DNA of 63,906 bases, filler included, from Octopus bimaculoides (taxonomy: Eukaryota): the NCBI RefSeq assembly GCF_001194135.2. It is 8 parts of 7 records of this genome, joined end to end, with 100 filler letters (N's around TTAATTAATTAA, not from the genome) between each part and the next. Parts side by side here need not be neighbours in the genome. Positions count along the whole stretch, not along the records: positions 23,819 to 44,080 come from NC_068983.1; positions 44,181 to 49,451 come from NC_068991.1; positions 49,552 to 57,659 come from NC_068999.1; 5 more parts are not named here. One strand, written 5' to 3'. Position 1 is the first letter of the stretch, and the number at the start of each line of letters is the position of its first letter. The translations under genes were made by a program, and so were the position numbers. Shown piece by piece: positions 39,779-51,711 of this stretch. The notes beneath the pieces were generated by a model. It was not told the origin of the DNA and did no database searches. It saw nothing but the letters and a program-made list of their open reading frames with translations.

Positions 39779-40719
39779 GTGTGTGTGTGTTTTTTTGCAC
39801 GCTCAACCTCACACGCTCAACCACACACATATACACCATATTCCATCATTTGCACCAGACTTGTTGTTGGCCTCAGGGAATATACACCTCTATTTGATAG
39901 TGAAGAAATATTTCATAAAACTTTCTCTTGAATCTATAGCTTTTTATATTTCTTTATTCAAGTCAACGCGGCTGGTTATTTTAATAATAATTACAGAAAT
40001 GAAAAATCTGTTTACTAACGCTCGTAGCATTATTTAACCAGACAAAAACTAAATCATCGAACGTCAGACATTGCTTTAAACAAAGACAATTTTAGCTACA
40101 GCTTTAACCAAAATTATTGAATGAGGATCAATACCCCAACAACTATGGTGTTGTTTTTATTTTTATATTCTTTTCTGTGCTGGAATGTAAATTACCGAAA
40201 TAACGCATACTTTTTCACAAAAATAGCGTCGAGAGAAAAATGATGCTGGTTAAAAAAAGGCAAATTTTCCTGGCAGTATGTCCTATAAATATAGAAATAT
40301 CGCCGTAACTCTACCCAAAATAGGCTTCCAAAACATTTAAAAGTAATAAAACTAGGATGATGGACGTATCCCGTAGATCGGTTTCACACTAATAAATGGC
40401 CTATTCAGTTCTTTCTCTTTTAAGCACTCGGGCAAATTGAGAGTCTTGATAGAGTATCCGTTTAAAAGTCTCACAGTGTTTGTTCTACTCTCTGCGCTCT
40501 GATTTCAAAACCCGTCGCGATTAGCTTTACCTTTCATTCCATAAAAAATATCAACCCAAGCCGGTACTATATCGGAACTGTACTGGAACTGTAAGTAAGT
40601 AGGGTTGAATAGCTTGTACTTATTTGAGTTCAAATCACGCCCTAGGTGGTAGACGAAACCCGTTGATCAACTTACTCGTTACACCCCCACTTTGCACTTT
40701 GGGTGAGTTTAGCAAAATC

Positions 40720-40917
40720 CGCGGGCCAGTTGGTTCTGAGTTGATAATTACGGTAGTGTTTTGAGATGAGGTGTGGTGTTACGTTTTGTTACTCTTAGTG
40801 TTTTAATGCCTAATTTCTTAGCACGCTTAATTCCATCGTCTATATGTGAAGGTGGATTTTGTCTTTCAGTTAGTGTTGTTCTGAGGTCTTGAAGACGAAG
40901 GTCCCGAATGTCCAACG
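40720..40917 (-). mobile_element. Penelope-like element ORF fragment (RT-GIY-YIG linker)
   Basis: LDIRDLRLQDLRTTLTERQNPPSHIDDGIKRAKKLGIKTLR...KTLP*LSTQN resembles the PLE L...L..R.YP...I..GI.RA...LPY.ST.N linker. Confidence 0.65.
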
Positions 40918-41314
40918 AGAACCCAGTGATGGCTGTCAAACAATTTCTGCGACCATATCACCCCTAACATCTAGGCACCTAACTCCCCAGACAGAAACCC
41001 CCTTGATTATTGTGTGTGGGGCGCAGTTGAGCGAGAGACCAGCAAAACTCTTTGTAACACCAAAGATGACTGAAGGCAAAGATTATGGCAGCGTTCACCA
41101 ACTTAAACAAGGAGACTGTCCAGAAGAATTGCAGGAGATTCCAAAGTTATCTGGGGGCCGTGGTTGAAGCCAATGACGATTTTATTGAATAAATTTACTC
41201 TTTAGAATCTCAAGGTATTTTAATGTAATTTTGGTAAATATATCTGATAAAATGAGATGTCAGTGTTATTTTCATTTTTGCGTAACTTAGACAAGATATT
41301 CATCACACCCCGTA
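40918..41314 (+). mobile_element. Tc1/mariner (maT/DD37D-like) transposon 3' fragment
   Basis: RTQ*WLSNNFCDHITPNI*APNSPDRNPLDYCVWGAVERET..CNTKDD/LKAKIMAAFTNLNKETVQKNCRRFQSYLGAVVEANDDFIE*; ends ...CACACCCCG|TA. Confidence 0.85.
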
Positions 41315-41322
41315 TATATCGA

Positions 41323-41458
<136 letters not shown>

Positions 41459-42400
41459 TTATCTACCTACCTATATGCAGCTTTCGTTTCTAAACTCTAC
41501 TCACAAGGTATTAGTCAAATAATGGCAATGGCAGGAAGCATCAGTCCAAAGCACTGCAACGTGGGATCGAACCTAGGACCACAATGTTTCGTAACGAACT
41601 TTTTAAGTATACAAAATTTGCTCAAATTTCATACCTATGAATTTCCTCGGAATTTCTTCGGAATTTCCTCGGAAGACCTTGTCGCGCTGTGTATCCCTCT
41701 GATTTCGTCCGAGAGTCGCATTAGACTACATTCCCTCCTGAATGTAAATTCGATGAATATATATTTCAGTTGATCGAACATCTGAATACTTGTCATCGGA
41801 ACCGATTGTGATCCATTTCAATTTCGGAGACCATGAATAAATTGCAAAAATTGGCTCTAAACTTTGTTTTTATAGCTAACAGAATTACGTAAATCGAGTT
41901 AGCATACTTAATGAAGTACGCACCCCATTAAATTAGCATTAAAGATTTCAATGTTAAATTACGGTTCCTTTCATAACAGTTATAATTTTGATTGATAAAG
42001 AAAAAAAAAATGTTTTTTGATTTACTAAATTGAATATGTTAGCTGGACACTTAGCTTTATAATTTCGTTGCAGACGGTGCCCCAGAAAGCAGTTTCCCAT
42101 ATCAGAATCACAGTATTAGTGAGTAGAGCTAAAAGACTAATTCATCCTCAAGATTTGTGTTATCAATGGGCATACTTTTAATAAATATAGACATGAAATA
42201 AACATTCATTTATCTACAGAAAGGTTACGCGATTATCAATAAATCTATAAATTTTCCTGCATAGTATTTATTTATTCGTTTTCACCGTCTAAGTTCATGC
42301 CACTGGGCAACCAGAGTTATCTATTTTAACTTCGTGTTTAACTATGCGCACACAGATATAGACGCACACACAGATACATGTATGAGTGTGTGTATGTGTA

Positions 42401-42479
<79 letters not shown>

Positions 42480-42777
42480 GTGTGTGTATGCATATTTGTG
42501 CATATGTATACACGCATATGTATACACAAACGCACGCGCGCACACACACATATATTTATATGAGAGGTATTGGTATCCAGTGGACCTATGTGGACCTATG
42601 ATGGCAGGTAAGGTTATGTAAATGCTACAGAAGGACCATGGTTAGACTCTTGGTTCGATAATAATGCAAATGAGGAGTCTAATGCGGGTCTTGTGTAAGC
42701 ATGTATATGTTTAATAAAATGAGACAACAAAGCCAAAGCTGTGTGGAATTTATAAGACATTTATAAAGAGAAAGGTA

Positions 42778-42825
42778 GTCTTACAGCTGTTTCTGGGATA
42801 TTAGGGATATCCTTTCATCAAAGAC
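42778..42825 (-). ncRNA. Minimal type-I hammerhead motif (C3U variant)
   Basis: GTCT-TTGATGA-AAGGATAT-CCCTA-ATATCCC-A-GAAAC-AGCT-GTA^AGAC. Confidence 0.65.
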
Positions 42826-43239
42826 GACATTAGAGGGTTAACTAGAGAGAAACAGTAGAGTTCAATATAAGGGGTTATTTTGGAAAAGGATGGATATAGG
42901 AAGTATAAAAGGAAATAAAAGAAGAAAAATAAAGGTAAAAATATATATTGGATGTTACAGTTGTAGTTCCATTATCCAAGGAAAATGTTGTGTAGAATGG
43001 GTAGAAATGCTTCTTGTCCATGGTATGTAGATTCTGATAGGAGTTCATATATTGTTATTACAAGCTTATACAGAGGAGACATAAAATCCATATGCTGTTC
43101 GTTCAAAAAGGTCTTGTGGTGTGAATGAAATTTTGAGAACGTACTCTTATTCCCCTTTATACATCCTATATCTATCCTTTTCCAAAATAACTCCGTATTT
43201 TGAACTCTATTATTTCCTTCTATTTGACTCTCTCATATC

Positions 43240-43287
43240 GTCTCTGATGAAGGGATATCCCTAATATCCCAGAAACTGCTGTAAGAC
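43240..43287 (+). ncRNA. Minimal type-I hammerhead motif
   Basis: GTCT-CTGATGA-A-GGGATAT-CCCTA-ATATCCC-A-GAAAC-TGCT-GTA^AGAC; 4-bp stem I, 7-bp stem II. Confidence 0.75.
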
Positions 43288-43401
43288 TAACTTTCATTTT
43301 ATAAATGTCCTAAAAATTCTACAGTGCTTTGGCTTTGTCTTATTTTATTTAACACACATACACACACACATACATGTATGTGTGTGTGTGTATATATATA
43401 A

Positions 43402-43455
<54 letters not shown>

Positions 43456-44616
43456 ATATGTATATATATGTATATATATAAATATGATGACTGCTTCATC
43501 TTGGGAGGTGATAGCTGTCCCATCAACACATGCACCACACCCTATCATACAACGCATTCACTCCGTTGATGAGCCCTTAGATGACTTTTAAGCTCAGCTG
43601 CTGGCTGACAGGGTTTAAAACACAAGTGACAGATATTATTCAAGTTTCTTCTATGTTTGCCCTTTGGAATCTGATTCTAAAGAAATGTTTTTGTGAACTA
43701 GCATATGTCTTTTAAGACCAGATATTGTCTTACAAGTTTTTTGACATATGACACAAGTCGTAGGTTGGTGTCCAAGATCATCACCTACCTGGGCATTACG
43801 ATTTTCATGCGGAAGATTTTCTACTATTTGAAAATAATATGCATTCTTGTTTTTATACTATTCATTTGGTTCTTTATAGATTATTTTAATAGATAACTTA
43901 TTTAACACTAAATTATTTAGAAGTTATAGTTTCATTTCAACATAATATTAGAACTTCGATTGGAATAGTGTTGATATATTTTCGATTATTTTTGATTAAT
44001 ATTATTTGATTAATTATTAATCTTTATAGTTTTTAATATCGTCAAAGTTTTTTAAAATCAAAACTTTGTATATATATATANNNNNNNNNNNNNNNNNNNN
44101 NNNNNNNNNNNNNNNNNNNNNNNNTTAATTAATTAANNNNNNNNNNNNNNNNNNNNNNNNNNNNNNNNNNNNNNNNNNNNTTTCTAAATAATGCTCATCT
44201 GTTATGTTCGGGTTAAAATTTCATCAACATCAAAAATATATGAATTTTCATGGGAGTTATGGCCGTTATGCAAAGAATATAATTTCCAAATTTCATAAAG
44301 ATCCATTCAGCACTTTTGACGTAGTTTTGGATAAGAAAACAAATGACTAATGTGTGTTTGTGTGCATGTGTATGTGTGTGTGATGGGTATATATATGTAT
44401 AGATATCTGTATGCATGTATATATGTATATATGTGTACATATTACATGTACATCTATATATATATATACATCTACACATATGTATACATATACATGTATG
44501 TATAGATCTATATATATATACATATACGTGTACATCTAAATGTATACATATACATCTCTCTCTCTCAGTCTCTTTCTCTCTCTCTCTTTCTCTCTCTCTC
44601 TTTCTCTCTCTCTTTA

Positions 44617-44647
<31 letters not shown>

Positions 44648-44759
44648 GAAAGTATCTGTCATTAGAGAATCGAAATGGTGTACATATACATGCATATGTA
44701 TACATATACNNNNNNNNNNATCGAAATGTGATTGTTTCAGTTAGTGAAATAGTTTCATT

Positions 44760-45007
44760 TTTAAAGTGAAAGTATTTGACATGAGTGTTTTTGTTTCACT
44801 TTTGACACGTAATACTTAAATAGTGGAGGAGATATTATGTTGCCGTGTGCTCGAACTCTGCAAGAAGTTAATAATTTTTTTTTTGACTAAAGCACAACTG
44901 GAACCCTAAGTAAGGCATGTGTAAAATTTGAATGAAATTGGTTGCGTAGTTCTCGAGTTTTAGGGATTCACACAGACAGACAGACAGACAGACAGACACA
45001 CATTCTC

Positions 45008-45010
<3 letters not shown>
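44760..45010 (+). mobile_element. Non-autonomous repeat ending in (ACAG)n, possibly DINE/HINE-like
   Basis: AAATTTGAATGAAATTGGTTGCGTAGTTCTCGAGTT followed by (ACAG)n, a layout typical of Helentron-derived elements; assignment by resemblance only. Confidence 0.3.
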
Positions 45011-45044
<34 letters not shown>

Positions 45045-45441
45045 ATTCGTAATCTCCGTATTTTTGTAAGTAGATAAAAGAAAAACAAAAGAAATATTGA
45101 AAAATGTAACAAATGAAGAAATTGCGGTGGGTATAACGAAATATTAAAATTTTGAAAACGTGATTTCTGGACAAAATTGTATTAACCCGCTTTTATGTGA
45201 TGAAACAATACATAATTTCTGATCCTTCTTAAGAACAGAAAGCACTTTCATGCAAACCCATGATAAATTGTAGCCCCGCCCTTCACTAAAAAACAAAAAA
45301 TAATTTCCTTTGTTCCATTAACTATATATCAGCTGAGCCGATTCTGCCCATAAGAGAGGAGCAAATAAAACAATGTGCTTCTAGGTCATTACACGCGGGC
45401 AACACCAGGAGACATTGCTAGTATATATATATATATATATT

Positions 45442-45680
45442 CATTTGGACTAAAAAAATACGAATTCTGTAGACGAGGTCAGAACAGTACTGGAGGAGTA
45501 ATTTTCGTCACAGACAAGTGACTTCTGGAGGAGGGGCCTTGCAATTCTACCAGAGAGATGGAAGGGCATTGTGGAAAATGAAGGAGAGTATATTTTAGAT
45601 TAAAAATGAACTTAATTTATCTTAATTTTGAAAAATAAAAGAAATATAAAAAACCGCAATATTTATGGGATGACCCAATA
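45442..45680 (+). mobile_element. Mariner transposon 3' fragment with TIR
   Basis: NSVDEVRTVLEE*FSSQTSDFWRRGLAILPERWKGIVENEGEYILD*, then AAAACCGCAATATTTATGGGATGACCCAATA (mariner-type TIR). Confidence 0.85.
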
Positions 45681-45759
45681 TATATATATATATATATACA
45701 TATGCATACACACATACATATACAGAAACACATATGTACGTAGGTAGGTATAGAGCACG

Positions 45760-45824
<65 letters not shown>

Positions 45825-47274
45825 TACACACATACATATTCATGCATGCATCCAAACCTGCATGCATATGTTTGTACACACGCACACATACACATACACA
45901 CAGAGAGACATACACCCACACATATAAGGTGCTTTCTAGACGTTTACAGATTTTTTCAGGAGAGATGGTCCATTGTTCTTATCTCCTTCAAAGTAGGATA
46001 CTCTAAATTAAATGAACTCACTTCATCACTCCAGCCTCTTTGTAAAAGCCCCGTGGATGTTCTCCAAAATAAAGGAGTCCGGGAGGTACTTGGCTGTTAC
46101 ATCAACCCAAGTGTTCAGCTGGTACATAATATATCGACCTTGATAGGATAAAAGGCAAAATCAATGCCTGGTGAATTTGAACTTATAATGTAAAGATGGA
46201 CACAATGCTGCCAGGCATTGTGATCGGCGTCTGAATGATTCTACCAGCTTACCGGCTTTTGCCGAGTATTGATAATAAAAGAATATATTTTTCAAGTTTA
46301 GAGTTCTATTTTTCCTATTTGCATCATCAGACCTACATGTCTGTCTGTCCGTCTGTCCGTCTGTCCGTCTGACCATCTCTCCGTCTGTTTGCCTTTCTGT
46401 CTGTCCACCTGTCTGTCTGTCTGTCTGTTTGTATGTATGTATGCATTATGTATGCATGTATGTATGTATGTATGTATGTATGTCTTTATGTATACATGTT
46501 TGTATGTATATATGTATGTATTTATATGCATGTACACATGTCTGCTTGTATGTATGTATGTATGTAATTATGCATGCATGTTTGAACGTATAAATATGGA
46601 TGTATTTACATATATGTACGTATGTGTGTATGTATGTATGCGTTTATGTTTGCATGTTTGTATGTATACACGTATGAATTTATATACCTGTATGTATGTA
46701 TGTATGAATGTATGTATGTATGCATGTATGTATGTATATACACATGCATGCATGGACACGGCAAAACCTATCGTACCAATATGAAAGCCTTTTGAGTATT
46801 CGTAAACTGGACTATTTGGCGACATCACTTATATTAGTCGTTGGTTATTTGGTGATTCAACCGAACCAAACTATTTGTCTGCCACACTTTTCCTATAAAA
46901 TATTACCTGACCCACTGCAACATTGTACTAATATTTAATGAGTTCTTCACCGGGTAGGAACGGAGATGGTGTGACAAATATCTGTTTTATGAGAGATTTC
47001 TAAATAATTAACTAAATTCCATACAATGTTCGGCCATTGATATAATCATTCACCACACACTGGAATGGATACTAGTTTATTGGCGAGCTGGCAGTAACAT
47101 TAGAGCGGCGAACAAAATGCTTAGCGTATTTTTTCTGAATCTTTATTTTCTAAAATACTGTTTACGTCGACTTTTAATCTTCATCATTTCAGGATCAATT
47201 TCAAGAAACTCCTGTTTCGACTTGTCCCCACATTCTCTGACCTTGTGCCAAGATTTGAAATAAGTATTAATAAT

Positions 47275-47560
47275 GTGTGGTAAGTAGCTTCCTTACATGG
47301 TTCCGGGTTCATTCCCACTGCGTGGCACCTTTGCCAAGTGTTCTCTACTATAGCCTCGGGCCGACCAAAGCCATGTGAGTGGAAAGAAGCCCGTCGTATA
47401 TATGTATATATATGTATGTATGTGTATATGTTTGTGTATCTGTGTTTGTCCCCGCACCATCGCTTGACAACCGACGGTGGTGCGTTTACGTCCCCGTAAC
47501 TTAGCGGTTCGGCAAAAGACACCGATAGAATAAGTCAAATTACTGAAACAAGTAAAAGAG
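47275..47560 (+). mobile_element. SINE family A with internal deletions
   Basis: GTGTGGTAAGTAGCTTCC...GGTTCATTCCCACTGCGTGGCACC...ACTGAAACAAGTAAAAGAG. Confidence 0.85.
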
Positions 47561-47714
47561 AAAAAGAGAGAGTATGTGTGTACTTGGAGGGGGAATAGCT
47601 GTCAACATTCTGGGAAGAATGGTGGTAGCGAATAGCAGGGCATCGGATACAGACTGAATAATTAACCGTCTAGATAAGAGTGAATTGAATGTCCCTTAGA
47701 AGCCGTCGTAATAC

Positions 47715-48010
47715 GGACCGAAAAGGTAGAAAAGTATATACGATCGTACGTCCAAGAGTTCATTTTCGTGCAGTGCATTATGTCCTTGGGTGGGACACTT
47801 TATTTCACGTTCCTTCAGTGTCCCCAGTTAGCAAAAATGAGTTGTACCTGTATTTCAAAGGCCCAGCCTTGTCACATTCTGTGTCAGGCTGAATTTCCCT
47901 GAGAACTACATTAAGGAGTGTTCAACCACTAGCACGTTAATTTCACGAGCGAGCTGTTCCGTTGCTCGGATCAACTGGAGCCATCATCGTCGTAACCGAC
48001 GGAGTGCCAG
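47715..48010 (+). mobile_element. SINE related to family B, partial
   Basis: TGTACCTGTATTTCAAAGGCCCAGCCTTGTCAC...GTAACCGACGGAGTGCCA shared with 27431-27815. Confidence 0.75.
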
Positions 48011-48707
48011 CTATATTCTTAGGTCGGTGTTTGGAGAGCGACTTCATACTAATCAAATAAAGAAGGCTTACAATCTTACCAGGAATCTAAAGAAATTATC
48101 ATTTTATATAATGTAATGACATTATTCCACAGTGCATTAGATGCAACACGCATTGGTCACTGTGAATTACGATTCTTCAGAAGACATACAAGGATGACAT
48201 TTTCTTTGCCTGGTGAAGAAAATGGCGGCTAACACATTCAGTCGATATAATCGTTCTGACCGATATTAGAACTCACATTGTTAAGAAAAGTAACTAAAGA
48301 ACGTGTTTTAATCAGTTAATTAATTAATTAATCAATTGTCACCACTGGGGCTAATATTAATAACTGTGTAATATAAAATCAAATACTGAAAAATCAAGAA
48401 AAACGTCTTTGAGACAGAGTGTGTATACAACAAAGGCAAGGCATTTCACAGAATTCATTTACACACATACACGCGAGCGCGCACAATCACATGCGCGCGC
48501 GCAAACACACGCACAAAACACATCCACAAAAACACACACTCAACATGCGTACATTTGTCTGTGGGCATGTGTATGTATAAAAACAAGTGCCTGTGTATAC
48601 GTACGCATCTAAATCTGACGCTCTCTTAATACCTACCTACCTACCTACATACCTACCTACCTACCTACTTACCTATATACATACATACATACATACATAT
48701 ATACATT

Positions 48708-48776
<69 letters not shown>

Positions 48777-49591
48777 TATTAAAATATCAATACAGCTATA
48801 AAAAAAATTCATTACTAATATTTCTGAAAAAATAGAAACGAAAACATTGCTTACGTATAAAATTTAATTAAATATTCTACTCAAACGACAATTTAACGCT
48901 AACACCAAAAAAAGAAAAAAAAGAGCGACATACGAGCAATGTACGTGTGTATCTTTAAGTGTGTGTTAATTTTAGGGGAAATCCTATATAGGAATATCTA
49001 TCTTGGTATGATATTAATTATCGTGAAACACAGTCAACACACATTGAGCGTTCCCAATACAAACTGCACATCCACAACCTTGCCTATCCCTGCTGATCTC
49101 AACATAAACCCCACATAAAACAACATAAGATAAGCAACACCAACACCGTCCACAACATCAATTTTCCCTTTTTTTTGTTTTCCTTTTGTATCATCTAACC
49201 TTACTCTCTCCATGTCATATATTTATCGTTGAAATATTAATTAACAAAAAAACAAACAAAAAAAACCGAAGAAATTACGAAATATAAAGTAAAGGAAAAA
49301 GAATTTCTTATATATTGAGCCAAAGCATTAAGAAGTATTAAACAAATTATTTTTTAAAAACTCGAATATATACTTGAGTAAATAACATATATATATATAT
49401 ATATATACACACTCATATATATATATTTATATATGTATATGTGTATGTATANNNNNNNNNNNNNNNNNNNNNNNNNNNNNNNNNNNNNNNNNNNNTTAAT
49501 TAATTAANNNNNNNNNNNNNNNNNNNNNNNNNNNNNNNNNNNNNNNNNNNNCTATGTTTCCATGTTTTTAAGTTCTGGTCATACTGATTTT

Positions 49592-50974
49592 GGCAGAACT
49601 ACAGATTTCTGCCTCCTCATCGACTTTGGATGGTCATAACTTTCAGAAAAATAGATAATTTTTGATGAAACTTTCTACGAATATGTATTATATCATGTAG
49701 ATTCCGAATATGAAATTTTTTTGGGGGGTGGGTGGGGGAAATTTTAGGAGGAGTCGGGTGGGGAATTTCGGAAAATTCATCAGAGTCCACTTCAATTCGT
49801 CTTAACTTTAAAGAAAATGGATACTTTTTTTATGAAATTCTTTACAAATATACCTCGGACTATGTAGATTCCGAGGACATAGGAATTTTCGGGGAAAGCA
49901 ATTGGGGTTATTTTTGAGAACAGTTCCCCACTCGCGGGTGTTTCTGAACAAGTCGTCCATGTTTGTTTTATTTTGTGCGTTTGTGCATCCGTAGATTTCT
50001 ACACTCGCTCTCTCACACACACACATAATTAAAAAAAATTTCAAACGGGGGAATTATTCCATTCAGTATCATATTGAGATTATGTAACAGATTATATTTT
50101 ACACTTCTATATTTAACTGTGCGTGTATATTCCTTATTTTTGCTTCTAGTGTTTTCTACCATTCTATTAGAAACGTTTACCTGGGAATTTGGACCCTAAC
50201 CCTAAATCTAAAACCCGAACCTTAAAACCAGTACAAACGCACGAACGATGTCATAAATAACAGTACCGCCAATAGTTGTTGTTGACAAACAACGGCACTA
50301 ATTTTATTCAAGGGAAAAGATCCCATTACACCGCTAGAACCTGTTGTTTACATTCCATAGTTGTAATTGTTTTCACCTCAATAGACGTCAGTGATTGGTT
50401 GAAATTACCGAAATACGACAATTTTAACACGAAATAACTTTAAAAAGATATAATTTTCTCAATAACACTAAGAGTAAAAGATGTTTTATATGACACATTC
50501 TACCAGTGTCCCAAGTTTGAAAGTGTTTCGTTAACAAAACAAGTGGCGCCCGCCAAATCAGAAAGATCCGGGAAGGATTTTACTTAAAGTGAAAAAAAAA
50601 AAAAAAAAAAGTATGCAACCGATAAGTCGTCTTAATGGCATATTTATGTGTACCAGACCGTTAGCTGTTATTTTTTAGCATAACGAGTTTTCTGGTAAGC
50701 ACTTCATTTGCCGCCATTGCCTGTTTGTGGCTTCAGTAGAAATCTACGGAAGCACAAACGCACAAAACGGAGAAAATGAAACAAATATGGACATGTTCAG
50801 AAACACCCGCGAGTGGGGAACGGTTCTAAAAAATAACCCCAACTCCTATGTCCTCGGAATCTACATGATATAACAAATATTCGTAGAAAATTTCATTAAA
50901 GAATATTCATTTTTCTGAAAGTTATGCTCATCCAAAGTCGGGGTGGGTAGGGGGCAGAAATCTGTAATTATGCC
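49592..50974. mobile_element. Large foldback element with nested repeat
   Basis: 49600-49710 and 49862-50001 are reverse complements of ~50850-50966 and ~50737-50866; the spacer holds the repeat also seen at 1-210. A related family is at ~2940-3410. Confidence 0.8.
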
Positions 50975-51066
50975 TTGGTTTAAATATTGGCACAAGACCA
51001 GCAATTTCGGGGGACTGGATAAGTCGGTTACATGAACTCCAGTACTCATATATATATATTTTGCTT

Positions 51067-51445
51067 TTAACTCTCCAACGCGGAGTATAGGCCACTTATA
51101 ATTGAATTACATGTCGCATAATTTTTTGCTTCTGTACTTATACTCTGCCATGAATGTCCCCCTGTCTCTAGTTCCTTTTGTGTTGATCTACGCCACGAGT
51201 TCTTAGGCCTACCTTTCTTTCTATATCCATCCGGATACCACTGTAAAGCACTTTTCACTACATTTGGTGTGTCTTTTCTAATTGTGCTATCAATCCACTT
51301 TCAATTTTTAAAAAATATTTGCTCCCTAATCGAAACTTGATTTGTGCTTTGCCATAGCTCCATATTGCTTATGTGTTCGGGCCATCTAATTTTAAGTATG
51401 GTACGCAAGCATCTGCTGATGAATGATTGTAATTGTTCATTTGAC
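51067..51445 (-). mobile_element. RTE-clade LINE ORF2 3' fragment
   Basis: One frame with one stop: QLQSFISRCLRTILKIRWPEHISNMELWQSTNQVSIREQI...*KWIDSTIRK...KSALQWYPDGYRKKGRPKNSWRRS, the typical RTE C-terminus. Confidence 0.88.
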
Positions 51446-51554
51446 TTAACTCTACTCAACTGGTTCTTATTTTGATCAACGTCGAAAGTTCTGACCATTT
51501 TAAATCTCGTTTAACACAAGATTACCTAATCAGGGGAAGTAACAACTCATCAAA

Positions 51555-51711
51555 ATGGCGGAAGATATGGATGTGGAAAACTGTCGTGAAGTAGATAAAG
51601 ATGGACCTAAACCTGAAAGAATGTTTACTCTCAAGAAATGGAATTTAGTCGCAATGTGGAGTTGGGATGTTGAATGCGATACATGTGCTATTTGTCGTGT
51701 TCAAGTAATGG
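51555..51711 (+). CDS. RNF7: RING-box protein 2 (RBX2/SAG, cullin-5 E3 ligase RING subunit), coding exon 1
   Basis: caaaATGG start; translates MAEDMDVENCREVDKDGPKPERMFTLKKWNLVAMWSWDVECDTCAICRVQVM(D). WSWDVECDTCAICRVQVMD is the RBX2 signature (RBX1 has WAWDIVVDNCAICRNHIMD). Ends at a phase-1 G|GTAAAT donor inside the Asp codon. Downstream RING exons not found in called sequence. Confidence 0.95.

Larger units (their letters stand above)
42705..43350. mobile_element. Inverted pair of Penelope-type pseudo-LTRs
   Basis: ~42705-42925 is the diverged reverse complement of ~43145-43350; each arm carries a hammerhead motif. Confidence 0.8.
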
